Origin: the human T2T-CHM13v2.0 reference genome, Homo sapiens
Reading direction: 5' to 3' (one strand)
DNA length: 64,000 bases
NCBI RefSeq assembly: GCF_009914755.1
Contig: NC_060925.1
Positions 51,360 through 64,000 of the stretch are shown here, in pieces. Made by a program: the position numbers and the translations under genes. The notes beneath the pieces are model-generated. The model saw nothing but the letters and a program-made list of their open reading frames with translations. It made no database searches and was not told the DNA's origin. Each line of letters opens with the position of its first letter. Within the stretch, counting starts at the first letter, position 1.

Positions 51360-54300
51360 CTGTGGGGACAAGAGGAGCACGGGTCAGGGAGAGAAGCCCA
51401 GATTACGAACCTGAAGCCACAGTGAGATTAGCCTTTGTGAAGCAGCTTAGATAAAGGGGTGGAAGTTGGGGATGGAGGGCAGATGTTTTCCAGGATTGGA
51501 GTCATACTTACTGGCGCCACTAGGGGCAGAACTAGGGACAGAGTGAGGACTGTGCCTGCGTCTGCAGCTCACCTCCTAACCACCAACCTGAACTTTACTC
51601 TGCAGGCCCAGGAATGTTCTTAAGCGTCCTTCCCTCTGGGACATTTTTTTTTTTTTTAGCAGGATAGGGGGGCAGGTGGGCAGCTGTGGGCAGCAGTGGG
51701 AAGCAGAGGGTAGCCAAAGACCAACCGTAGACACCTTGAAATACTTGATTGTTTTTGGAGAGGGAGGGCTTTGCTGAATTGCTGTGAGAAAGAAGACTGG
51801 GGAAATGGAGGGACTTAATACTTTACAGATAGAAAAAGTGGCAGGAAATTAAAGAGAGAAAGCCTGGGCCGAGAGACAAGTGTCTTTGTGTGCCAGGGCT
51901 TTGAGTGGGTTGCACGTCTCCATTCTAAATACTGCCAGAGCAGTGAGCAAGGCTCTGAGTTTAAAGGAAGCTGGGGACTCATAGAGCACTGGGGCTGCTA
52001 GGGACCTCAAAAGTCAAATAAATAATTTCCCTGCCTCCTGCATTTAATATGATTACAATCTACTCCCTTTTTTAAACCTGAAAAGAAGTCTCCTAAGATT
52101 TTCCCCTAAACCGCAGAATTCTAGTAGAGACAATAGTTCTGCTTGGATGGTATTAGCATAAATCTTTCTGTTGCTATTAACCCTGTTGTCCCTCTGGTTG
52201 TCCTCTTTGACAAATCAACCACTCTGTCTCCAGTCTACTGGGTCAGTAACTTGAAAGGAAAAGCCAAGAACTCAGCTAAAACTTCAGGAGAGACGGCAAA
52301 AGTCACCATTGAAAGCTGAGGAAGCCTCGTAGGGCTGTCTTTACCATGGTGAATGAGGCTTTCAGGAAACTTGCTCCTGTTGTCATTCTCTGCAAAGGGG
52401 GTTTGAATGAAGTTACCCATTGGGTCTTGAGGGTAGGATTGTCCATGGACACATCCCTAGCAGCTGTAATACTTGGGTAGACCCAGAGCTGGGGCTTGCT
52501 GTTGTACCAGAGGCATCCATCGGCTTGCAGCAGTGGTCAGGAGGTGCGTCAGTCTGGGGCCAGGCACGAGGAGTGGGGGCAGGGGGTGCTTTTCTAACTC
52601 TATTCTTAGGTGTGACCATGAGGGCTCCCCTTGGGAGAGGTTATAGGTATGAAGAAGACAGTTCCAAGAAAGACAGCATGGAGAGCTTAAAGAGGCTAAT
52701 GAAAAAAGTGTTTTTAAATTAGCATTTTCAATGGTTTTCAGTCTCTGTTAAGCACTGACCAAGATAAGATGAGGTGAGGTTGCAGCAAATTAACTTGTAT
52801 TGCAGGCATAACACAGAAAATCTAGGCCTAAAGAAAATTAGACACTGAGAAAAGTAGCGGAAACTGGGAAATACTCGTCTTTGGAAAACACTCCTGGTGG
52901 GGTAGAATTTCTGGAATACTTTTGGATGTTTCCTTTCTGGTCCCAAGGACTAGATTAAGTGGCCTCTGAGTGAGCAGGTTGGGGGCAGAGCCTAGACCGG
53001 GGCTGGGTCTATGTTATCTGTGTACAAGCAGAGCAGTGGGGTGAGGAGAAGAAGCAAAGTGGCTCAGCTTAAGTATCATTTCCAGCCCTACTTAGGATGG
53101 AGCTGCAGGCTCCGTGATAGATTCTTTCCCAGCCTGGAGCCCTCAGACTGCCTGCTAAAATTCCAGATCCCAGCTGTGGATAGGTAAATGTGGGACATAC
53201 CTGTGGGGAGCTAGACACACAGTGTATATGGACTCTAGCCACATACTGGGTACTGTGAGCACCCCCCCGTCTTCCCCAAGCCCATGAATAGGACAGGCTT
53301 CTGCGTGGAGGCACTGGAGGACATTTTTCTAGCCCAAATTAAATACTGACATAAGTCTTTCCAAATTCCTACTGGTGTACCCGCCCTGCTCCACTGAATC
53401 CCAAAGCTTCTGAATAACATTCTGAGCTGTGTTCTTGCCAGGCTGGAAAAACTGAGGGAGATACTGATGGAAGAGGGAAGTGGCGAGGAGAGGACCACAT
53501 CTGATTCCCCTGTGCGCCCCTGAGCTCCTGTTCTTCTTTAAGCTCCTCTCTCAGAAGCTTGTTTCAATCCCACCTCCAACACCCCCCATCCCCAAGTCCC
53601 TGACTGGTTTGCAGGGAGATGTCCCTCACGTTTGCTGTAGGAGAGGGGGCTGAGCTTGGGGAGCTGTTTTCCTGCTAGTGGTCTGCATCAGAGAGATATT
53701 CCTCACCATTCTCAGTCGGAGATGCCTGGCTCTAGGTCCTTTAGGTCAGGATTCTAATCTACATCATCTGGAGGACTTTGAGAGATGGCTTTACCTTCTC
53801 TGTGTCTCTTTTTCCCCAAAACAACAACAAAAACTGCCTGTCAACTTTAAAGCGGCAATGAGAAGAAAGGCTAATAATAATAGCTATCATTGGTTTTTAA
53901 ATTCTATGCCAGGCCCTAGACAAAGCACTTTACATATATTAATTCACTACTTTAAGGAAAATAAAGCATTATTTTGTCTAAAAAGAAGGCTGAGAGAGAC
54001 TAAGTGATACCTAGTCACGGGGCTTGGACTTAAATTGCACAAGAATTGATTTGGGAGTAGACACCGAAAATTTGGGGGTTGTTTGAACAGAGAATTTGTT
54101 TGCGGGACCTTAGGAAACTGCACTAATTTTATTTTCTGACAAGCGTCTGGAAGAGGTGGTCCACCTCCCATTTGAGTGGCAGATGTGGTTCTGCATGAAG
54201 GCAGAACGATGATAAAAGGTTGTGATGAAGCCTTTTCCATCCCAACTTTCTCTGATTGTATGGGTAGGTGCTAATAGATTCTTTCCCATGACAGCTGTTC

Positions 54301-54482
54301 TTTGCTGTCACAGTTTCAGGGTCAAACTTGGGTGAAGCACAGCATACGTGTGACATTTCTGATGTGACTGCTCCTGGATTCAGAGTGTGTGGCAGGTAAG
54401 TAGTGGTAACTGCTGGTGTGATGATAGACAGCCACAAGGAAATGTCAAACGTCTGCAGCTTGCAACATCTTCAAGATGTCTT

Positions 54483-54844
<362 letters not shown>

Positions 54845-56160
54845 TTAATAAAAAAGAGTTTAGGCCGTACATGATGGTGTCAGGCACTTCAAACTAAAGG
54901 TGCCAGACAGATGCCTCTTTGCCTTGCCCACCCGACTGTCAACTCCCAAATTGCCCTCTGGGGCTGGTGCCTCTCTCACTCAGAGGGCTGCCCAGCTTGT
55001 TAACATCTTGCTCAATGACTGATCTGTTCCCTGAGCACAGGGGAGAAAGGAATGAGAGGGAGAGGGTGACGACTCTGTTCTTCTCAGCGCTTTGATGGTG
55101 CGGTTCTATCTCAGCAGGCTCCACTTCAAAGCCCTTTGCCAGTGGTCGTTAATGAGTCCTCCCTTCTCCAGATGGAAGAGGACTTTGCTGACAGGAAGGG
55201 AGGTCAAGTGCTGGCTCAGTACCTTCCAGCTGGGATTAAGACATCAGAAGCCCTGGGGTAATGTAAGCATGTTCTGAATACTAGATCCTAAGACTAAAGG
55301 GAGCTGAAAATCAGCTAGATAATTCCATCTGAAATGAATATTTCTTAGAGTCAGGGAGGCAGCCTTTTTTTTTTTTCCTTTGGGCATTGCAAGGAAGTGC
55401 TTATGAAACAGGAAGCCCAGTGTCCTAGGCTTGGTGGTAGTCAGGCTCATGTTACCCTAGGAAGGATATCTGCCCTGCCACCAGGGGGTCCTTGTACTCC
55501 AGGAAGAACTGACCAGAACAAGTGCCGCATTCAGCTCTGAGAATAAACACCAAAACACAAGACCAGGCTGTAGACGCAAGAGTAGTTCAAGTGGAAAAAG
55601 AGAGCTCATCCTCTTCTGGGACAGTGAGTAAGTACAGGGCTTCAACCCACCATTCTCCTGAAACAGACTTTAGAAGCTAAACTTAAATCTCCCTCCCTTT
55701 GAAGTATTCCCTCCTAAACTTCTCCGAACTCATCTCTTACTGCTCCCTGACACATGACCCCTTCATCTCAGACACGTGACATTTCCCAGCTGTCCCCTAC
55801 ATCGACAGGTGACCTGTGAAAATGACTGGCTCCTTTGTGGCAAGCCTCTGTCCCAGAATGTCTCCATCCTGCATACCCCCAACCCATGCCCACTTATCTC
55901 TCAAGACCTGGAATGAAACTTACCTCTCCTGGAAAGTCTTCTTCTGTACCAACCCACTCCCCACTGAATTGTCTTAGCACTGCTATTTAGTATAAGTGTA
56001 TTCTCTTTTGTACAGGGGTATGGCTTGGTTGTCAGGTTGCTTCATTTGTGCTGTCTGGTTCCCCTATTTCTATTTCTTTTGTTTTGCCACTAGCACTCAG
56101 AATAGTGTCTTTCAAGTGAAATAGACAGCCAGTCCCCGCCTCCCTTTGCCAAGGTCTCAC

Positions 56161-57139
56161 CATTGATCCTATTGCCTTGGAGGTAGAGGTTCTCCAGGTT
56201 GGTGTTGACTGGGGGGATCTTCTGCAGCTGGTTGTAGGAGAGGTCTAGCTCAAGGAGGCTGCTGGAATTGAAGGTGTTGGAGGCCAGGCCATTGTTGGTT
56301 AGACTGTTGTGGGACAGCCGCACATACAGCAGCTTGGGCGCCCCCCGGAAGTAGCTATCGGGGACGGTGTAGACATTGTTGTGCTCCATGTACAGCTGCT
56401 CAAGAGCTGAGGGCAGCCCATCAGGCACCTTCCGAAGGTGGTTATAACTCAGGTCCAGCAAGATCAGTGACCGGAGGCCCCTCATGGAACTGCCCACTTC
56501 CTGGATCTCATTGTGTTGGAGGTACAAGGCCGTGAGGTTCTCCAGCCCCTCCAGAGCATTGTTGGGGACCCGTGAGATCTGGTTGTGGTCGAGATGGAGC
56601 TCTCTCAGGGATCGAGGCAGGGGACCGGGCATCCGGGTCAGGTTGTTGTGGTCCAGGTACAGCCTCTCCAGGTGCCTCAGCTTGGAGAAGACCTTCCTGC
56701 CCACCTTATCACTGGTGATCTGGTTGCCGTGGAGAGCAATCCAGAGCAGCCCTGTGGCATTGTCAAAGACGCCTTCCTGGATGGAGGTGATCTGGTTGTT
56801 CTGGAAGTACACATACTTCATGCGGGAGGGAACGAAGGGCAGGTACTTGAGGTTGCGATTGTCACAGTACATGGCCGTGGGGAAGTTGGGTGGGCAGTCG
56901 CATTCCTGGGGGCAGTCGCGGGGATCTGGAGGGGATGGAGAGCCGTAGGTGTAGGCTGGCCCTTCATCCACCCCATAGGGGTAAGGCTCGTAGGTCTCAT
57001 ACGGGTAAGGGTCATAGGGATCGTAGTAGGTGGACTGCTGGCTGCGGAGGTAGTGGAACCACCAATGAGGGTCATCTTCATACTGGGCCTGGGAGAGGGA
57101 GAAGAGCCCTGCCAGCAGCAGGAGGGAGGTCCACTGCAT
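56161..57139 (-). CDS. FMOD: FMOD (fibromodulin, class II small leucine-rich proteoglycan) coding part of exon 2
   Basis: ATG at 57139, 7 nt after acceptor cag| (exon starts 57146). Signal peptide MQWTSLLLLAGLFSLSQA, Tyr-rich N-terminus, CX3CXCX9C cluster (CPQECDCPPNFPTAMYC), LxxLxLxxN repeats. Donor ATG|GTGAGA at 56161/56160; 979 nt. Confidence 0.98.
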
Positions 57140-59901
57140 TTTGTCTCTGCAAGAAGCGGGAGAGAACAGAGCAAGCCAGCATGAGTGAGACTCCACAGAG
57201 GCAGTGAGGCAGAGTAGGCAAGCCTTAGGCTTTGAGCTATGCAGAGCTGACTTCCATGTCAAACATCTGAGAGCAGGAGCCTTGCTCTCATTTCTTCGGT
57301 GCCTCCTCCCAGTCTGGTTCTGCACTTGGTCCAGCCGGACCATGGCTATTTGGGGTGAGCTAAGTGCATTTTCCCCTGGTCATAGAGTCACAGACAGAAT
57401 GTCTTTGAATGGGAACGGCTGCATTTTTTTTTTGGAGGGGCAGATTCTTAGGAGCCTCTAGCACTCTGAAAGTCCTGTGGGAAAGCTGAAAAGCCCACAG
57501 CAATCCCTGTGTTTGTGGTGTGGTGGTAAGGATGGTAGTGGGATGCTCTTCAGATCTGAACCCAAATCCAGTTTGGATGTTCCGGGGAAATAGTATTTTT
57601 CTAAGAGTCCAAGGAGAAAGCCCTAGGATGGGAGACCTCCAGAAGCCGCTTGACGCATCGAAGGGGAAGAGCTGAACTACGTCTGGAAAATCTTTTGGTC
57701 TCTTGGGCAGGCTGGGAGTTTTTGGTCTTGAGTGTTTGGGGAGGAGTGTGGTCCCTCTGCAGCCACCACAAGGCTCAGGTTGCCCTCCAAAGTGCCATCA
57801 TCTGTAACAGTCTGCTGAGTGAGGAAACTCACTGGTTAGCAGTTTGTGGCTACACATGCAACTTGGCTGGGACAGGGTCTTCATGCAGCAGTTACAAATC
57901 CTTTCCAGACTGAGGACCCTGGCACTGGGTGTGGCACTTGCCTTCTAAAGCAGGTACTCAGTGTGTGAAGTCTGAGTTAATCTGCTTCTCTCTTCCATGG
58001 TGCCTAGTAAGGTGTTAGCACTCCTCATGCTCCACCATGGGCATCATGCAAGAGCCATGTGGGGCCAAGAGAAATGAATGAGGGACACCAAAAGAATAGC
58101 TAGAGATTGGAAACTCTTGTGTATGCTCAAGGGAAAGCAGCTTGAGGTAGGACCCTGACATTCTCCTCTCCTTTCCCAAGCTACCTGCTCCCAGCGATGA
58201 CACCTAGATGACCAGGCTCTGTGTCTAGGTCCCCACATTGCTGGAAACCTGTTGCTTTTGAACCTGTTGTGCTAATGAGATAGGAACAGGGCAGACTGAA
58301 GAGGAAATGTGGGTCTGATGTCATCTGAGAGGGAAACTAAAGGTATGGAAGGTAAGAGACTAGGGGTGGCCTGGGTACCCTACCCTGGTTACCTATAGCC
58401 AATGCATGACATACTCCTGTGAGCAGTGGGCATCTTCCTGAGTGTCACCCTTGGACAGAGAAACCTTAGAACCTTTCTTGGCCTGGAAGAGTCACATACA
58501 GCCCTCACATTGCTGTTGGGCCTACTGGGGTTGGCAACTGTAAACAGAAGAAAGAAAGGAGTATAAAAGCCAACATCATCAGATCCAGTGAACTGATGGG
58601 AAAGACCCCAACTATGACACTCAACAGAGTTACCTCCTGACCACCATCCATCCCAGACCTCTCTGTCCCCTCAAAACAGTTTCCTTGGGCCCACTTCATC
58701 CCATCAGTTCCTAGGTTGCAGAGGAGCAGGCACCCTGGCTCATCCACAGGCAGCCTCAGGCCTCAGACAAAGAGCCACAGTGTTTTGGAGAAGCTGACCC
58801 AACTGCCCACTGCCTGGGCAAGCTGGCTGGTTCCTGGCTCTGGCCAGGAGAGAAGACGAATGGAGCGGCCCACTGCCAACAGAGCATTTTTCCATGCACA
58901 GCCCTGGGCTGTTGCAGGACCAAGGTGGCTGTCTGGAGGGCTGGCACAGTGAGCCTCTGTCTCCGTTTCTCCTTCTTTCAGACTGGGCACCTTGGCAGAC
59001 AAGAGCCACCTTCCCCTTCAGACTCAGCTTTCTAGGGGCTGTGCACCCTGCCCACTTCAGCCTCTTCTTAGAGCCATGGGTGCTGAAAGGGTTTGATGGG
59101 GAGCTTATGCCTCTCCTTACCCCATCCCATCTCTTAGCAATGTTGCTTCAGGGTTGCATAGTCTTACACTGTTTCCCATAATGCTAGAGGCCCTCCTGTG
59201 CTCAGAGTTTCTGTAAGGTCGAAAGTTTCCAGGACTGCCACACTATCAGTTGGGGGATGTTTACTCAGGAGCTACTGCTGTTCTTTCATTTCTCCACTCT
59301 AGAGAAAGATCTCTCCCTCCTATCAGTGGAGAAGGTCAAGCCAGAGGCCATCCCCTCACCTGGATTGCATCCCCACCCCAATCCACAGCTCCCCGGACAT
59401 GGCCAGTTCTCAATGCTTCTTTTTATTCTCTCCCTTCCACTCCAAACACACACACACACACGCACACACACACATTCTACACAAAAGTTTCCCCCTCTCC
59501 CATAATAGCATTTATGTACCAAACCCCTCTATAAGAGAGATTGCAGGGACATCCAGATCTTGGAATACCCTTCAAAATGCCCACACTCCCAGCATGATGG
59601 GATTTATGAGTAGCAGGGAAGAAGCTTCCCTAGACAGAGGGTCCTTCACTTTTTCATGCCTGAGAATTGGAGGTCCCCTCAGCACCCATAAAGGAACTGT
59701 AAGAGAAAGGTACAGGGCTGGAACCCCTCCCTTATACACCCTCTCTGCCACTCTCCAGCATCCCTGGGGTCATGGCCCAGATGTGGAGAAGGAGGAATGA
59801 ACCCTCCCTGCCTCCCCATCTCCCCTATCCCCTACCACTTTTCCTTTATTTCTTTTAAGGAACTGCTAGGGACAAACCCGAAGTAAAACGACTATACTTA
59901 C

Positions 59902-60029
59902 CTCAAGTTGAACTTTTCAGAGAGTGACCACGTCCCTCTGTCTGGCCTCCTTGGGTTGGAGAACGTGTGAGAGAGGAAGAGAGAGAGGAGTGAAAGAGTC
60001 TACTGAGAGTGTGCGTGCCTGTGCCAGAC
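59902..60029 (-). other. FMOD: FMOD non-coding exon 1 (5'UTR)
   Basis: Minus-strand donor GAG|GTAAGT at 59902/59901; sequence matches the recalled FMOD mRNA 5' end (...GAAAAGTTCAACTTGAG/AGACAAAATG); TSS approximate. Confidence 0.8.
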
Positions 60030-60260
60030 CAGGGTCCCGCCCCAAATTCCTAATCAAATATTGTGAAAAGGGGCTGAGGAACCCGGATCCTGGTTTTTTT
60101 CAGCTCTGCTGCAGGGGCGGAGTTCACGCTCAACCACGCAAATCCTTCCGTCCGCCTGACGCTATAAAAACCACCTTTTTTCCACTCACTTATCTTCCCT
60201 GAAACATTGGCAGCCCTGGGTCCCTTTCTGCTGAATGAGTTAGTGGCGCCCTAGAAGTTA
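60030..60260. promoter_or_regulatory. FMOD proximal promoter region
   Basis: GC boxes at ~60036 and 60114-60122, AT-rich element ~30 bp upstream of exon 1, modest CpG enrichment. Confidence 0.65.
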
Positions 60261-60859
60261 TTTGTACAGTCTCTTATGAAGCGCCTGGATTTCTCATTAA
60301 AGCCACAAAGGCAGATGCAGGGATGGGGAGGGCCAGGGTTTGGTAAGAGACATCTTAACTCCTTCAGCAACCCACATGTCCCTCCAGAGAGCGAGAACTC
60401 GCGCTTCTCAGCTCCCCCTATAGACAGGTCATCAGGCTAGTGGATAAGGGAGCATGAATGACAAGGGACAGCCGGCTCTGGTTCCAGTTCTATCCCTAAG
60501 CAGTGTAGACTTTTCTAGGCTACAGGTCCTGCCCACCTCCACCACTGGAACAAAAGGAAAGGCAGGGACTCCAGCATTTGCTGATCACTGCTTATGCACT
60601 AGCATCATCCACTTCCACTTAATGCTCACAACAAATTCAGAGTTAATAACACTTACCTTGCTGGGTTGTAGCAAGGACTGTATCAGGTGATGTGTGGGAG
60701 GCTCCTGACCTGGCACATAGCTGAGGTTCACTGTGTCCTACCCATTTCACAGCCATAGAATTCCTCAGCCAGGGAAAGACAAGATCAGAAAGCTGGGCAG
60801 GAGCTGTACCATGAAAGGACTTTTGGGCGATGGAAATGATTTGGTTTTTATTCTAAATG

Positions 60860-61265
<406 letters not shown>

Positions 61266-61289
61266 TATTCTAAATGTTTAAAAAAAAAA

Positions 61290-61750
61290 ACATGTTTCAA
61301 GCAGGAGAAGCCATGGGATCTGATTTGCATGGGATCTAATTTACATTTTAAAAGCATGTAGGAGGGGCTGCTGTATGGAGAAGGGGAGGCCAGGGTGGAA
61401 GCAGGGAGGCTCCAACCCAGCCTCAAGGAGAGGTAATGGCAGATTGGACTGGTGCAATGGAAGAGAAGATCTTATATTTTAGACAGAGAACTGACAAGTC
61501 TTGCAGAGTTAGGAAAAGTCAAGGATGATTCCTAGAATTTTAGTTTGAGCAACTGGGTAGGTGGTGGTAACATTTCTTGACATGGGAAAGGTGACGTGGG
61601 ACTGAGTTGGGTAGAAAACCAAAGTTACATTTTGGATATGCTGTTAGAGATGCCTGCTAGGCATTCCCCTGGAGATGCACGTAGACCGTTGGACATATGA
61701 ATCTGAATCTGGAGTTTAGGGGCTGGAAGAAAACATTTGAGAACCATTAT
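61290..61750 (-). mobile_element. L2 fragment
   Basis: agtcaaggatgattcctagaattttagtttgagcaactgggtag...ttttggatatgctg...gagatgcctg. Confidence 0.7.
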
Positions 61751-62142
61751 AATGTGGGTCACACAGAATCTCAATAGCTTAGATAAACTCATGTGTCCTA
61801 AATGTTCTCTCCTCAAGTATGTTAACTGGCTTATGCCAACATCAAAGAAACACCTTTATCTTAAAAAAATACCAACTGAGAAACCCTGAGATGACTTGAA
61901 TTTGAAGAATTTAGAAGTGTCGAGGCAGATGGTCCTTTTGGTTTCTCCAATAGGTTTGAGCTTTTGACTTAGCGTGTGGGCTGTCAGAAAGGGCCTTGTC
62001 AGGGACCCATTCTCAGAATTTAAGAAGAGATTTCAAAAAGATGAAACCTAATGAATGAGCCTTTTCTGACCACCTACTATAGACTAGGTGGTTTACTTAT
62101 GTTATCAATGATAACAGTAGATATTTTGCATTGGAATTAGTG

Positions 62143-62657
62143 TTTTTTTTTCAAAGCTACTTTTAATACTTTGGGGTGAGACCCACAGGAATAAAAAAAA
62201 CACTGGGAAGGGGTAACCCCCCACCCGCCACTTCCAGGAGGGGCCAGGGGGAGAGAGGCTACCTGAGGGGAAGGAAGCACAAAAGGGACCCGCTGCAGAC
62301 TCAGGGCAAAAGGAGGCCATGGGTGCGGGGACCTGCGGGCACTGCAGGAGGAAACGTGAGGGTGGTGGGACTGGCTCCAGTCACATAGGCGAAGGGCAGG
62401 AGGGTTGGACATGAAGCCACAAAGCTACTCGGGTTCCTCCTTCTTCTCTTTTGCCTTCTTCTGCTCCTGCTGCTTGGTCTCTGAGCTCCTCTGCTTGCCG
62501 CAGCAGCAGAAAGCCCGTCATCTCGACGTTTTCCCTTAACTGAGTCACTCTGCTTTTTCCTATTTTTCTAGCCAGTAAGCTCATGCTGGTTACTGCGGGT
62601 CATGGTGACAGCAGTGGCTCCGACCTGCCTCTGTTATGTCACCTCATTCTGTCAGGA
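62143..62657 (-). pseudogene. SERF2 (small EDRK-rich factor 2) processed pseudogene
   Basis: Minus strand from ATG 62603: [33 protein letters not shown] then 1-nt frameshift ...KQRSSETKQQEQKKAKEKKEEPE* (stop 62427-62425), versus SERF2 [39 protein letters not shown]...; intronless, 3'UTR, ATTAAA at 62167-62162, A-tail 62151-62143. Confidence 0.9.
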
Positions 62658-64000
62658 TTTTTTTTTTTTTATTTTTGACCCTGCTTTCAGCCAAGGAATT
62701 AGGGTTTTAGTGATATAAAGTGACTAGCTGGTAAGTGGCAAAACAAGGATCTGAACCTTGGTCTACATGACTTGAAAGCCCACACACTTTTCTCTAACTC
62801 TAGCACAGAGGATTGGCAAAGTGGAGGGGCAATGACTACCCTGCTGTCAGGCTGGCCTCGACTAAGATGAAGCTTAATTAATTACGATTGACCAATCTGC
62901 CTGAATCTGGGGGCAGGGGGGTTTTAAAGTGAGATGGGGCTGGGGTATAGGGGTTCTCTTCCTCATCCCACCCATATTTCATTTCCGTTTAATAAATTTG
63001 AGCATCTACTATGTGTTGGGCATGATCCTAAGTGTTGGAGACACAAAGAAGGCTTCGGTATAATGCCTGATTATAATAAAGCAGATCTGAATGTAGCAAA
63101 CTCTGACCTCATGAGTGAAGCAGAATGGCCTTACTGTGAAAATGCTTATGAATAATGCACAGATAACTTTCTAGTCATTTTTGAGTCCAGAAAGCAGTCA
63201 CCTTTCAGTGGAGGACACTGATCTTGGCAACCGAGCCTGGGAAACACTTTTAAATGAGCCTAGATAGCCTGGACAGATTCACCATTGGGTACAGATGTTT
63301 ATTTTTTTAAATTCCAGCATGCTGACTAATTCTGCATTTACTAACAATGAAAGTTACTAAAGTCTGGGAACCAAATAATGACTGGATTCTTCCCAACCGG
63401 GCACCACCAAAAAGACAGTATCTCCATGGGGTTTTTTGGCCATTTCTAAAGTGGTGAGATGTGCACCAGGTCTTTAGCTATCCATCCTGTTCCAAGGCAG
63501 GCCTGGGATGAAGGAAGGATGGAAGGGATGATTGGGACCAGGTCAGAAGGCAGAGTTTCAGGGAACCACCCACTGTTCAAAAGTTCTTTTCTCTAACCTT
63601 TAGTGGAGGTTTCTACCTCCATTTTGGCCACTGCTGCTTTGTTTGCCTGGTTCCTGGATCTAGGCCCTCAGAGCTTGCCTTCAACATGGGAAGCCAAGAA
63701 TGAGATATTGATGTCCACCAGATTGCTTGCTGAGGGAGTCCACATGTGAAGGAGGACACCAGTATCTTCTAGGGGGTGTCTAGCCAGCACTATGCAGTCA
63801 CTAGACTGAAAATAAACTAAAGAGAAAGGCAATGTCATGCATTTCTGTAGCCCCTGTCCCAGCTGGGCACACAATGCGTTGGCACTTAGTAGGCAATCAG
63901 TAAAGGGTTATGAAAGGAATTGTATTTTTGGCTCCCCACAGAGTATGTCTGTCTTCAGTACTCAATGCTGGGTGGAAAAACCACCACCAACCAGGCCAGG

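Noticed and set aside
51512-51530. CTCF-like GCCACTAGGGGCAG in FMOD intron 2
   Set aside because: One base short of the core spacing in both orientations; not called as a site
56090-56160. FMOD exon 2 frame reading on into intron 2 (...INGETLAKGGG...SEC*)
   Set aside because: Canonical donor at 56161/56160 gives the exact 376-aa protein; no nearby minus-strand AATAAA seen to support intronic polyadenylation
56484-57207. Plus-strand ORFs of 154, 199 and 105 aa over FMOD exon 2
   Set aside because: Antisense shadows caused by GC3-rich LRR codons; no independent promoter, splice or homology support

Overview
Mammalian, Alu-rich genomic DNA, recognisable as the human 1q32.1 BTG2-FMOD locus. It holds two complete, convergently transcribed protein-coding genes. 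BTG2 (+) has 2 exons, CDS 14458-14599 + 15945-16279, 158 aa, a CpG-island promoter and a ~2.1 kb miRNA-site-rich 3'UTR. FMOD (-) has a non-coding exon 1 and CDS 57139-56161 + 51359-51208, 376 aa. Also present are a U6 retropseudogene, a SERF2 processed pseudogene, a 5'-truncated L1PA inserted into an Alu, about 30 Alu-family elements, and MIR/L2/MLT1/LTR16/MER20/MER102 relics. Almost all other ORFs in the supplied track are repeat-derived or antisense shadows. I find no evidence for a new multi-gene system. The best leads are an orphan CpG-island promoter at ~36.3 kb, a divergent CTCF motif pair between BTG2 and FMOD, and a TATA/Inr promoter pointing away from FMOD. Also notable are a Kozak-perfect in-frame ATG 68 codons upstream of the FMOD start and an unidentified 76-nt retrocopy whose tail became a ~290-bp polypurine microsatellite. 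Several atypical retrotransposition scars are also listed. Repeat subfamily calls and element boundaries are by eye and approximate.
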